Shown: positions 51,955 to 64,000 of the stretch, in pieces
Position numbering within the stretch: the stretch's first letter is position 1
Layout of the letters: the number at the start of each line of letters is the position of its first letter
NCBI GenBank assembly: GCA_030704615.1
Contig: CM060731.1
Span: 49,104,001 to 49,168,000, forward strand
DNA: 64,000 nucleotides
Origin: Takakia lepidozioides
Lineage: Eukaryota > Plantae > Bryophyta
Direction of reading: 5' to 3'
Program-made: the position numbers and the translations under genes
The notes under the pieces: generated by a model
The model's input: the letters and a program-made list of their open reading frames with translations, nothing else
Told to the model about the DNA's origin: nothing
Databases searched by the model: none

Positions 51955-53289
51955 GGCGGATAATATTAGATGTAGATCTAGTCATAGTGAGTAGGATTTA
52001 ACTTTACCTCCGAACCATGCATCATATGCATCCATCTTCAACCGCTATTAAAGTAGAACAGAGAGGAAAGAAGAGGCTATTTGACAGAAACAATCAGTAC
52101 TTAGTCATTGAAGTCTTTCACAAAAAGCTGTAGTTCAAGCTTTCGTGAAATAGACTGTGTCCATAATTCTTGACGGCCACGTCACCCAGTATACACAAAA
52201 GGGCTCTTAAATGATCCTGCCTTACGGTGACCAGGAGTACACACAAAATTCATCTTCCGGTCCAAAGATTGGATCATCCACATTACAGGTCAAACGCAAT
52301 TTTGTAACAAATTCAATCTCATGATCAGCACAGGCACAATAGAGGTACATGGTCGTTCAGAAACGATGCTCAACATTTGACCTCCAAAATGCCGAGCTCT
52401 TGCGCTCATCCATGCTTAACTCGATTTGAAAGTCCGTACATTTCTCATATCTCGTGTCCCAGGAGTTCAGAGATGAAGACCTAGGCCGGTGCGCGCGTGT
52501 TACTTAATAATAAGAAGTGTGAACTGGATCTAGATAGTCCACAATATATATAGAGTCCAAGGATTTGCACCGTAAGAGCAGTTTTCCACTGAGGCGATAT
52601 TACAGGTCTTCGAACGTATTCTGGCCGTATGGAATACCAAATGCTCTACAATTTTACTATCATCTACAACCCTCGACAAATCATCTACGACCCGAGAAAT
52701 CATATAATACAACCATCGACAAATCATCTAGGACCCTCGACAAATCAACCACTAGTGGTTGTAGATGATTTGTCCAGGGTTGATTTTGTGGGCAAACGGT
52801 ATGCGTTGGAATACCAAATGCCCATGTCTTCATCCCACTTGTTCAGCAAAAACCATAAATAACAGTTAATGTTCTAGCGATTGTCTAAGGGTGAAGGCCT
52901 CGTGCCGAGAGAACGGCAGCTTTACTGATGACTATAAGGAAGGAAGGAGGTCAGAGAGCACCATGTAATTTCTATCATGAGAGTAGGGGATGTCCTCTTG
53001 AAAGAAATGCTGCATCAGGAGTGTCGTGACCAAAGGATTTCAAATGCTAGGTCCAGGACTACGAGTGACAGTGAGAGCAAAAACAGGTCAGCAAAAGGCA
53101 ACTTGGAAATGGTGAAGAGGATGAAGTTGCAGAAACTGAGTAGGCAGAGTCATTCTCACCATCTCTTCACACAAAGACCCTCCCCCTTCTTCACAGATTT
53201 TACAGATTTTACCAAACACAAAGGCTGCCTGGACTCCATACCTTAACCACACAGTGCTACAGCTGTTGCCTTTTGTTGACCATCTACCC

Positions 53290-53810
53290 ATGCAAGTTTC
53301 TTATAGCTATTGATCCACATGGAATCACCCCTTCCCGCATCATTGCTCATAGGTCTCCAAAGCCTCCATCTCGCACCCGTGCTGTGCATATCCTGCAATC
53401 ATCGCACTCCACGACACCACATCTCATTCAGCCATACTGTCAAACACTCCTTTTGCATCCTCGATGCACCCACATTTGGCATACATGCAGTCCATCAGGG
53501 CAGTGTTCAGAATGACATCGGGTACAATTCCAGATTTGACGATGTCACCATGGACCTCTTTGCCCTTTCGAGAGCTCCCGGGCTTGCACACGCATTGCAA
53601 ACACAAACAAATGTGATGTGGTTGGGTTTCACCCCTTCGCGCAACATTTGCTCATAGGTCTCCAAAGCATTCATACCACACCCATGCTTGGTAATTCATG
53701 CCAACATTATATTCCACGTGATCAAAGATTGTTGAGACATTATGTTGAACACTTGGTGAGCATGCATGATGCTCCCGCACTTGACATACATGGAGACAAG
53801 GGTGTTGAGT
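53290..53810 (-). pseudogene. PLS-class pentatricopeptide repeat (PPR) gene fragment
   Basis: NTLVSMYVKCGSIMHAHQVF...EGVKPNHITFV; GKEVHGDIVKSGIVPDVILNTALMDCMYAKCGCIEDAKGVFDSM*DVVSWSAMIAGYAQHG. Contains stops and frameshifts. Confidence 0.8.
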
Positions 53811-54459
53811 AAAAAAACATTTGGCGTGCATCCACTTTGGATAATGTGTGCGTGCACCTACTTTCCAGCGTCCAGACCTTTCCATCTTGATGCACTTAAG
53901 CAAGGGACAGACATACGTACATGAATCTGCTGAAATGCCTCATTGGTTTAAAGTCTGTAGAGCCTCTGTCAGTCTGCCTGCCGCAAAGCATCTTCACGTG
54001 CCCAGAAGTGCCAGAAGAGGCATTGTGGACTCCCTCTCTTGATCCTCTTCTAGAAGCTGTGCTCATGGTTGAGGTGCCTGATTTTATCAACTGTGCCGCT
54101 GCAGCTGCTGCCTTTAGTTGACTTGACTCTACTCTCTGTCATTGTCAAAGTAGAGATCACAAGCATGAAATTCGAAGTCATAATCAGAATGCCAGAACTG
54201 AAAACCCGACAAAGTAAAACAGCAACCCTACATACCTCTACAGCCCATCCAAAAAGCATGTTAATCTTATGTCTGCTTCCAATTACAAGTTTCACAAGTC
54301 AGATTTCCAACGAGTACTTTCGCAAACCTGCAAGGAGGCCAGAGTGCAGAACACCATCCGTTCATTTCATAACTTGAGCTCTTGGGTCCTTGCCAAATGT
54401 TAGTGTAACAATCAAAGTGGTTGCGGAGAAGTTTCGGTCCAGAGCCCTCTTCAAAACTA

Positions 54460-55290
54460 TTTGCAGGTTTGTGCCTATTCCCCATCTACCAACTTCAAAA
54501 ATCTCGAGGTTGGGCCAAGGCTCAACCCCTTTCACACTCTCGGCACTAGACTAATTTAAACTTATGGCAGGATTAAGCCTACCCTTCAGCAGCAAACAGA
54601 ATCAGAGAGGAAGGGGGATCGCAAATGCCCGTGAGAATCCATTCAGGGAATTATTCATGTGTCCCTATTTACCAACTTTGTAAATCTGAACGCTAAGCCA
54701 TAGGCCCATTCAGGTCAATCTTGGCTGTAAACTGAATGTAAACTCCAAGCGGGAAGCCTACATTTGGACAGCAAACAGAAGTAGAGAGGAAAAGTGGATT
54801 GCCAATGCCCATGGTGTGGGCAACTTGAAGACAAATTTATTATTTATTTCCTGATTTCTGTCCTAGGTATTCCCACAAGGGAGATGCCCTCTTCAAATCC
54901 ATTTGCAGGTTTGTGCCTATACCCTATCTACCAACTTCAGAAATCTCGAGGCTAAGCCAAGGCTCAACCCCGGCCCCCTTTCACACTCTCGGCACTAGAC
55001 TGAATTTAAACTTAGGGCAGGAAGCCTACCTTTCAACAGCAAACAGAATCAGAGAGGAAGGGGGATCGCAAATTCCCGTGAGAATCCATTCAGGGAATTG
55101 TTCACGTGCCCCTATTTACCAACTTTGTAAATCTGAAGGCTAAGCCAAAAGCCTAGGCCCATTCAAGTCAATCTTGGTTGTGAACTGAATGTAAACACCA
55201 AGCGGGAAGCTGCATTTGGACAATGTTCAAACAGAAGTAGAGAGGAAAAGTGGATTGCCAATGCCCGTGGTGTGGGCAACCTGAAGACAT
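54460..55290. repeat. Diverged tandem duplication, period ~440 bp
   Basis: tttgcaggtttgtgcctat...caacttgaagaca at ~54460-54833 is repeated at ~54902-55290. Confidence 0.85.
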
Positions 55291-56124
55291 TATTATTCAC
55301 ATTAAGAAAAAAACCACACCTTGTGATTGCGGTTGTCCCACCATGATCGTGAAGGATCTTTACAAACTCATGCCAGCTCTGCTCCATGCCGAGTCTGATG
55401 AGAGGGCAAAACAGGCTGAAATAGGTCGAAGAAGAAGGTGCCATCACCACATTGTCCTCGACCTTGTGTCATGACCCATGGAGGATTTGACTGACCATGA
55501 ACCCAAGAGGACCTTTTGTGTGTGCTGCTTGTGTCTATCGTCAGGTAATGTCCGATTGGTCTCTGAGAACCACCATGGTGCAGCTGAACAGACGTCGATT
55601 GAAACACGGACTACCAAGACCAAGCTGACTCTCCCAAGAACCTTGTAAACATCAAGAAGAATACCACATCACGGTACTAACATGAGCTAAGAGCCCATTG
55701 CGGTTGCGGTGCAGGTTGCGCTTCGCCCCGCATCAGTAGCTCAATGCAAAGCCTCCATCCCACGCCCTATCCTGCGATCATCGTGTTCCATGACACAACA
55801 GCTCGATACTAAGAAACCGTGCAGGAGAAATAAGAAAAAAAAACTAAGTCCCAGCCCTCTAATGGGCAACCCTATAAGCAACTTTTTAAATTGTTTTAAC
55901 CTTTTGGCTACCACGCTTGCACTAGTAGTCATTCCAACGACTATTTGGTGGTAAGCTCACGCTGGTCAACCATTGTTGACCAACCTTCCGGCTAGTGCGG
56001 AGCCATGTAGTCATGACGAAGTCTACCAACGTAGTCACCCAGAGGACTACGTAGTCACGCAGTCATTTCAACGACTACGTGAGGCCCCATTTGGTCCAAA
56101 AATACAAGGAAGTCATGGTCAAAG

Positions 56125-59100
56125 TCAAGACTCATGCTCCTCAACCGTAGCACTAAAGACGATGATGTCATCAATGTAGCACCGGGCGAAGTCTAGCCCT
56201 GCGAGAATCCTATCCATGACCCTCTGAAACTCTGCAGGAGCATTCTTCAACCCAAACGGTAAGAACCGCCATTGGTACAAACAATCCTTCCCATGTTGAT
56301 CAATCCCCCAAAATGTCGTCTTTTGCTTGTCAGCCTCTTTGATTGGCAACTGGTGGTAACCGGATCGCAAGTCCAATGTGCTAATCACCTTTGCATGCCC
56401 AATGGCATCAAAGATCTCCTCTGGAGTTGGCATGGTATATCTATCGGACTTAGTTTGACGGTTCACAGGACGATAGTCCCCACACATCCTTCTTTCTGTC
56501 CAATTGCCATAGACATCCTTCTTAGCTGGCATCACCGTTGCCGAGGCATACTCCCCGCCTGACAACTCCACCAATCCAGCTTCGAACAACTCCATAGTCC
56601 GTGACTGGATCAATGACCTCTCCATGTCACTATACCGGTAGGGCCTTCAAAAGATTGGCGTTTCACTTGCCAAATCAATACGAATCTCCTGACCCTTCAA
56701 ACTCCCCAAATCCTTCAAACCGAAGGCAAAGCAATTTCTATAAGCCCTTAGAAATCGCTGGATCCTCCGTCTCTCTCCTCCGGTGACTGTAGGTCCAACA
56801 TCTGGTTCCCAATTGTCCTCAGTGACTGCAACCTTGGGTACACCAGGCTTAGAGGTAGGAGACAAATCATTTGGTTGCTAGATAGCAACCTCTTGGGCTT
56901 TGTCCGCCCAATCTGACCGTGGCGTAGCCTCCATTTGCTCCGCCATAGCCACCTTGAGAACATCCTCCGCGCAAGAAACATCCTCAACCTCTTCAAAAAC
57001 CTTGGCCACCTTGGCCTCCAACTGATCCTCAGTCCATGGCTCTCCCCACTCCTCATACTGCTGCTTGAGAGATCCAATCACACTTTGCACATCTCATCCC
57101 ACATCTGCCATGGGTGTTTACGACCCACGATCCTGTGCTCGCCCCCACTCACTGCCTCATCTGTCCCGGTTGGCAGGGAGGATGCACTATCCAATGGGAG
57201 TGCAGAAGTAGCCACCAATGCTTGCAATCTCCGTTGCTCAGCCATGCACAAGCCAATGACCCATGTCAAGCAATTTAGATCCATTGCTTGATCCAACACT
57301 TGGCGGCGTGATGCCTCTGATAGAGCTGGCACATCTGTAGTGCCCGTGGTAAAACCCATTGCCCGCTCTCGCTCATCCGCATTGGGCTCTACCAATTGCT
57401 GTAGCACACTATCCCAAATCAATCCAGGACTATTGTCTCGGAAAGCATGAGACGAGGGAAAGCTCATGAGTGTAGGCAAGGCCGCACGTGGCTGCCCCAC
57501 TCGATTGACCACTGTTAGAGGTGGACGATCATCATGTCGCACTCTCTGTGGTTGCCTCCCTTTTTCCAAAATGCTTTCAACCGTGAGATTGGGTGGCCGT
57601 TGAATGGAATCGTATGCTCTCTTGAACAGCTCTGGTGGTGCAAGATTGGTCCACCACAATCGAGGTCGATGCACGCGGGATCCCACCGCTGCTGCATCCA
57701 ATAGCACTGCCGATCCAATCCAAGACCGCACCTGATGCACACTAGCCATAACCCTGGCCTGAGAATCCCCCATAAGAGGAACATTCTCCAAGATATAGCC
57801 TAGAGGTTTCACTTGCCTCGTCTGCAAGTCCCGCAACACTCGCAACATCTCCCAAAACAAATACGATCATGCATCATGCAAGCCATTCCCATGACCTACG
57901 GGAGAGTATCCTTGGCAAGGCCATCCGGCTATCACCAAGTCAATGGCACCATGCCGGTCCAAATCATCTGCCCCCAGCAAGGTAATGTCTGCCGGCAAGG
58001 CCTTTTGATACCCTTGAATTGCTGAGAGAGGCAACAACTCAGGCTATCGGTGTGTGAGCAAGGCAATGTGGCGCATAGAAATACGCCGAGCTATCTCATC
58101 CTTCTCCACATACAAGTACTTGCGTACTTTAATCCCTGCTTGCAATACTCCTGCAAGCCCAGTGCTCATGCCTCCAAACAAGTCTAGCAAACAAATCCCT
58201 GAGTCAGGTGGTTGCCAGGTAATGGGCACTGTGTCCAAAGGAGCTAACTCAGGAGGTCCAGGTGACGTCACTGAATTCCCCTCACTCACCAATGGAAAGG
58301 GCTCCCGCCATGCTTGGTGCACACACTTGCCTGCTACTCGATGCAAATTCCCAACCGTACCCCACAGTGGAATATGCACAGGCCCATGAGGAAGCAAATC
58401 AGCCTTGTATGCCAATTGTTTGTCCTCCATCAGGTGATGGCCTATCATCTGCATGGCTATTGCCCTCCAAGAGCTCACCACCCCAAGCCACCACCCCTGA
58501 GAATGCAGCCAATGTGGGCATCATGTTCCTATGATCCACCGCTACATTCCCAATTAACCGCACTGGGAGCAGTACACGTCGGTCATCTCCTGACTGCCAT
58601 TCCGGCCTATAGGATGTCGTTTCCTCCCAAAAGTCCAAAGTAAAGCCCATGGGGTATAACACAGCCCCACCAACAAGCACATCATAAGACATCGCGTCTG
58701 TAACAATGGCTTTAGCTCTCATGACTGAGCCATCCGTAGGATGATCTGGCTGCAATAGAATGAAGAGCTCATGGCATGTAATCCCTCGTGCCTTATCTGA
58801 ACCACCCAAAGATGTTTGAATTTGGAAAGGGCAAGGTTCCAAATCCGCCTTTGTGAGGCCTAAGCCTGCAATTGCTGCTCATCCCAACATCAATGGTTGT
58901 GCTCCCGAGTCCAACAAGACCCGCAGTGGCCTATATCTCCTCCCGGCTAGGCCACCCAACTGAAACACACCATCCTAATTGTCCACCAGGACTACCCCAT
59001 GAGTCACCATACTGCGCTCAATGGCTGGCCTAGCTAGCAACTCCTGCAACCTTGCAGCTGCCGTTGGCCATGGCGCAGCTGTGGCTGTCTTCACCCTTGA

Positions 59101-59760
59101 ATCCAGGGCATTCATGCATTACATCCCCGCAGATAGTGCCGATGCATCACCACTCTCACAGAGTTCAGCTGCCAGTCTAAACTGCAGCTGGCCGCATCCC
59201 CGGCATTGCAATTGTCGTGGCAGAAAACAATGGAGCTTGGCAAACCGCTGTAGCCGCCCCCAACAATGTACTGGCTGCACCTTGCTTTGTAGCACCACCC
59301 ACTGGCATTTCCTGAGCCACACCAACTCTCCCCACTGGCACTCGTGGCTCTACCTTTGACACGCTTGGGCGAGCGGGTACCATTGATGGCGTAGTTGGAA
59401 CTGTCTCAGCCAATGTGAAAGACTGTGGAAGCCTTGTCTGTTGACTTGCTTCCCCTCTTTGTGGATCAAAATCCACATCTGCGCCTCTTGGCTCAGGTTC
59501 ACGTGTTGCTGGAGCTGGCGCCACATTAGTAGTGGCCATGGCAGCAAGATGTTGCTCTAGCTGGGCAAGCCTATCCACCATGCCTTGGTCATGACCTTGA
59601 CCTTGACCATGTGCTCCTTGGTTTTGGTTACGACCTCCATCGCGACCATTGCCTCATCTACCTCTCTGGACTACATTGTCTCGTCCTCGGCCACCATTGT
59701 TCCCTTTGCTAAAGGACTCCACCATATAGACCTCACCCACTCTCCATCTCAAGTACTAGA
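56125..59760 (-). mobile_element. Truncated Ty3/Gypsy retrotransposon: gag-like region, aspartic protease, C5 DNA methyltransferase, reverse transcriptase
   Basis: Protease RVLLDSGAQPLMLG (DSGA 58900-58911). MTase domain ~57260-58200. RT RRMCGDYRPVN...LDLRSGYHQ...LPFGLKNAPAEFQRVMD...CYIDDIIVFS (56125-56625). Truncated after YIDD; no LTR pair seen. Confidence 0.9.
57260..58200 (-). pseudogene. Retrotransposon-borne DNMT3-like cytosine-5 DNA methyltransferase domain (two in-frame stops)
   Basis: One frame contains motif I LLDLFGG (58170-58190), II YLYVEKD, IV DLVIAGWPCQG (PCQ 57912-57920), VI YILENV (57780-57788), VIII HRPRLWWTN, IX ERERAMGFTTGTT and X RRQVLDQAMD. Stops at 58044-58046 and 57867-57869. 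Confidence 0.9.
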
Positions 59761-61199
59761 GCTATAGTGGCGAGAGAGGCCTCAGGAAGCTCGACTAGAA
59801 GAAGACGAGCCTGCCTACGTCTCACGTAGAGATAACCTCTCCACGTCCCAAGTGAGGTTCACCACCTGACTTGGCACATGGAACCAAATGAAGTCTCAAT
59901 GCCAACAAAATACAAATATAAATGTATAATGTCCTAATTAACTAGAAATAACTATTTCTAACTAATCACAAACAAAACCATGACACCTATCGTGCACATA
60001 CATATCGTTACACAACTACATCATTGTCCAATCCACACAACACATACAAAACACATACATAAAACACTATTTTAACTAATTTTGGACTTTTGTTTGGTCT
60101 AGAAATAATATGAGAAATATGAATAAACAAAATTTATTATTGAAATAAAGCGATTTATATGATTATTTGGCTATTTTATGCACAATATAACCATGAACAA
60201 TAATCCTCCAAACATTTTTTGGAGACAATATAAGTATATATTGTGGTTTTAAAAGAACGTCCACTGCCAAGTTGCCATTCATGAAAAAAATGGGAGGATG
60301 CAATAAATTACACCATGATGTGAGGTCAGATATGTAAAACTTTTTGCACAAAATGGTTGCCATATCAGATGACATACAAAACCAAACATAGAACAATCAT
60401 GGCATGTGATGAAGAGGATGACATGAAAGAATGAGTCCGCATACATTGATGATAAACATTCATATTTTATTAGAGATTGCAACTTGGCGTTGATGTCAGA
60501 CATAATGTAACGTCAACTGTACATCCGTTCACATCCGCTAGACTTAATGTTATCCATCGGCTCGAAGCCATACAACGGCTTACAGTAACCCATTAATATT
60601 ATAGAGCCTCCTCCCAAACGGCTCGCAATCAAGGCATGTGTTCGAAGACGCCTCCGGTTACCACAACCACTTGCAACGGTCTCCGCACCAGAGAAAACGG
60701 AAATACTTTCAGAGAACTCGAACCTAGTAGTAATATTATCATCCGAAATGTTACTTGGAACTCTACTTGTTGAATCTCTTGATGCCCTTGAAGCCTGCCG
60801 GAAAGCCCGCCATTCTTGCCAATCACGAAGTTCTTCTTTTTCTTTTCGAATTCGCTCCTTGAATATGACTGGGCAAAAAAAATTTCAAGTGACAAATGTC
60901 AGCTGAAATGTGGAAGATTTGTAGAAAAAATGATAAGGTAAAAGTGCAAGTGGAACACACTTTCAAGATCAAATTCTCCATAAACAACAAACAGTGGGAT
61001 AAGTACATACCAAGGTAATCAGGTTCCTTTTGTTGTGGGATCCAAACACGAGGATCAACATATTTTCCATACCAAGCCCAATAGGCGTGGTCGCGACCAA
61101 TAGGCTCAAGAGAAAACTTGGCAGGGTTCTTGCTGATGTAATCTACGACTGTTGAAGCTGCAGCCATTTTCAATATATATGGCCACACAACTTTTGTCA

Positions 61200-61720
61200 T
61201 ATCATCCTGGTCAACCAAGCCTTTTGGTGATGGCTTGTATGAAATAAGGAAAATCCAGTATTTGGTGGGTTTTGGAGGCCCTTTGATGGCTCATCATCGA
61301 CAAGGAGTATTTGTCCCTGCATTGCAAAGGGTGTACCAGGGTACTAGGCAAGAACAGTGCGAATATCCTTAACGAGATAGTTCATGTCAGGCATGATGTA
61401 ACTGGTAGTGTCTTTGCAATCCTCAGCTGACCAGATGAAGCAAAACTTTTTCAAAATTTTCGTGGGAACTAAGCACTTGAGCATCCTACAAAGAACATCT
61501 CTTTCAGCACATGACCCAATCGCCACGTGAAAATGCATCAACGCAAGGTTGAGAAACTCCAAGATTTCGGGCCGGGGAACCACAAAAGGTCTGTCGGGAA
61601 CATGAACTGTAACTTTCCTGAAACGAAATCTCTCCTTAAACAATTCACCGCCGGTTGGAGGTGGCCGGTAGTAGAGGAGTCCGTTGACACTCAATATTAA
61701 CAACATCCGTTTCCTCTTCC
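61200..61720 (-). pseudogene. FCP1/NIF-like (HAD-fold) domain gene fragment
   Basis: LLILSVNGLL...RPEILEFLNLALMHFHVAIGS...VKDIRTV, then QILLVDDEPSKGLQNPPNT. The catalytic DxDxT motif is absent. Confidence 0.6.
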
Positions 61721-63299
61721 CCGATGTGGCAGATGAAGGTTGATGGACGATGCCATCCTGCGCAATTTAAGAAAATAAATTTCAGTGTTCCCACCGTCAG
61801 AAACAACCCGATGTAGTGTTTATTAGAGTGACCTCTACGTTTGCAGAGACATAAGTGTCCTGACAATGGACTATTGTAAAGGACCAAGAGTAGACGATAT
61901 ATCGAACAGTTGGAGATCATGAAAAGATGAACACCGGCTGTCAAGTGAAGGTTCGTGGACGCACCTTGTCAGGAGGCGTATTCAAGAAGTTCTGCGGCTC
62001 CATACTCGCTTGTATAAAAATTACGGAGTTAGTTTGGGACCGCAAAACAAACTGCAAACGAAAGTGGAGAAATGGTTTTGAAATTTACCATTGAAGGTCT
62101 CGCAGAGAAACAGTGTCCGATTCCTGTGGGCTTGGATTGACGAGGCGCCACAACATCCGAGGGAGTCCTCATGTGTTTGGAGTCCGCTCTTTTTTTCTTG
62201 TCAGCCTTTTGCCCGTTGGAAAGATTTCCTGCAGAGGAAGGAAATGGCTCGGGGGCTCTTTTTCGCCTCTTTGGTGCAGAACATTGTGCCACCAGTTCAG
62301 GGTCAGGCTGTGTCGATGTTGGAGATGTTTTGTTATTGAACGACGGGGGGAGTGGAGGGGCAATAACAGGCAAGCACAGAAAATTGTCCCTTGAGCACTC
62401 GACATCCTGGATGGAATGAAAACGCAACGAAGGAATATTTTACCTCGGAACTGCATTCCAATATAGACGTCGTTTGACAGGAAGGTCATGATCTGCAGAT
62501 TTTCTGACTTGGAGCAACAGATGAATATCAGACCCCAAACTAAGTGAAACTAGGAGAATGGGCAAGGAGCGAGAAATGCGTTTAAGTCACCTGACTCCTG
62601 CGGATTTGGGTTGTCCAACCCTCGTGCTGGGGAGATATGCGAAGAAGAGACGGAACAAGGTGCAGCGGAGCCGCAGCCACCCTGACGGTTGCCCTACAGG
62701 TCGAATAGACCAGACCCTGCGTACTGAACAGGGAGGGTGAGGAATGTTGGGAAAGGTCGATAAAGTTTCCGGGATAATTCTGTTCTTCACCTATACCTTG
62801 GACTTTACACCCAGGAGAACCCGAGAGGAGAAGAGTGTCGCCCGCTTCCCAAGAGGAGAAGGGTCTGACCGAGGATCCACCGAGGATCCACCGAGGACCA
62901 ATTTGAGCACCATCGTGAACCCTCAGAAAGCCTTCAATACTACAACTCACTGCTAATCCGGAGGGTTCCCTTAGGGGACTTGAGGAACCGTTGACATCGT
63001 CAGCATCTCCTTGAACCTGCCAAAGAGACCTAATCATAAATCCGGGAGTGCAGGAATATGAACCTCTACTGAACAGTGGAGGTCACTAGATATAGTCATG
63101 TCCCCGTATGAAGGCCTATATCAGAGTCTTGGGACTGCCCGGAATGTGCGTCAAGAATTCAACAGAAAATGAGTGAAAATGAGAGTATTATATCTAATAC
63201 GTGTGTGATTACAAAGCAATGAAAATCAGAAACCATGAAGATATTCAATAGCTCGAGTGAGATGGGATTGATCAAAAATAATTTTATTTCGAAGCATCG

Positions 63300-64000
63300 T
63301 ATCATTCCAGACCGTAGAGACTGATGGTTGCTATCTTCTCAAGGTTCTTCAGACCTATTTGCTTGGAATGAGGAAACATCCCACTGTTTCAAGCTATCTT
63401 AGGAAAAAAAAGATAGGGTTGAGTTTTTTTCCCAATGTTTCAAACGATCCCAAGTTTAGCCCACTCTGGGATTTTATTGAGGACAACGGTTTTAAGAGTC
63501 AACAAGACATGAGTCGCGCGGGTTCGATACACACTTCATGGCGGTGTCGCCAATGAGCAGAGTGTTACTCTTGGTGTATTGTTAAGATAAAGCTTGAGCT
63601 CTTCCAGTAAAAACTTATCTCTGTCAGGGTCCACGAGCGCTTTATATTTTGGAAGGAAGATGGTATGTCCTAACGGGTTCAAGTATGATTTGTACATATT
63701 GTCTACAGTGTCGATGAGGAGAGTATTGGATTTGTAAGCTGTCGGGTTTTCCTCAGCGAAAATATCGTAAAGACGTTTAAAGTAGATGGGATTTTTGGGA
63801 GCTTTAGGCCATTTTTCGTTGAATGCATGACGGAATTGTCACTGCTGTAAGTTTTGACTTGGGAATAGTACTTACCGAACACGGCCTTGGCGATAGTCTC
63901 GACGTTCATTTCAGGTCCCGTGTTCCAAAAACAAACAACAATTTTTTTGATGGTCCACTTAATGAATTTGTCAAGACCGTTTCGCATAGCTAACTTGAAT
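63300..64000 (-). pseudogene. Second FCP1/NIF-like domain fragment (runs off the window end)
   Basis: MRNGLDKFIKWTIKKIVVCFWNTG and, downstream in another frame, NTLLIGDTAMKCVSNP. Confidence 0.5.

Noticed and set aside
57260-58200. Bacterial restriction-modification methylase (contamination or recent HGT), or host DRM2
   Set aside because: It is embedded collinearly between Gypsy PR and RT with the same decay. The motifs are DNMT3-like and unpermuted, and there are no introns or UBA domains.

Overview
Eukaryotic nuclear DNA from a non-seed land plant. The PAL, MED15 and Copia lineages look bryophyte-like; this is inference, not a database match. Two intact host genes are present: a ~21-exon Mediator subunit MED15a-like gene (20314-32056, +) and an intronless phenylalanine ammonia-lyase (49774-51954, +). 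A tandem segmental duplication (~8048-12763) carries an internally deleted but apparently in-frame mini-MED15, and three older KIX-exon remnants are also present. The rest is mostly transposon debris: a transposase fragment with telomere-motif repeats, half-tRNA-primed Copia elements, a chromodomain Gypsy nested in a Copia, TTAA/CCCTT (piggyBac-like) and hAT MITEs, tRNA-derived SINEs, and PPR and FCP1/NIF-like pseudogenes. Top finding: a decayed Ty3/Gypsy element (56125-59760, -) carries a DNMT3-type C5 cytosine methyltransferase domain (catalytic motifs I, II, IV, VI, VIII, IX, X) between its protease and reverse transcriptase. Second finding: the two halves of one Copia insertion (shared AGAAC TSD) lie in opposite orientations and are circularly permuted, consistent with excision as a DNA circle and re-insertion into the nested Gypsy.
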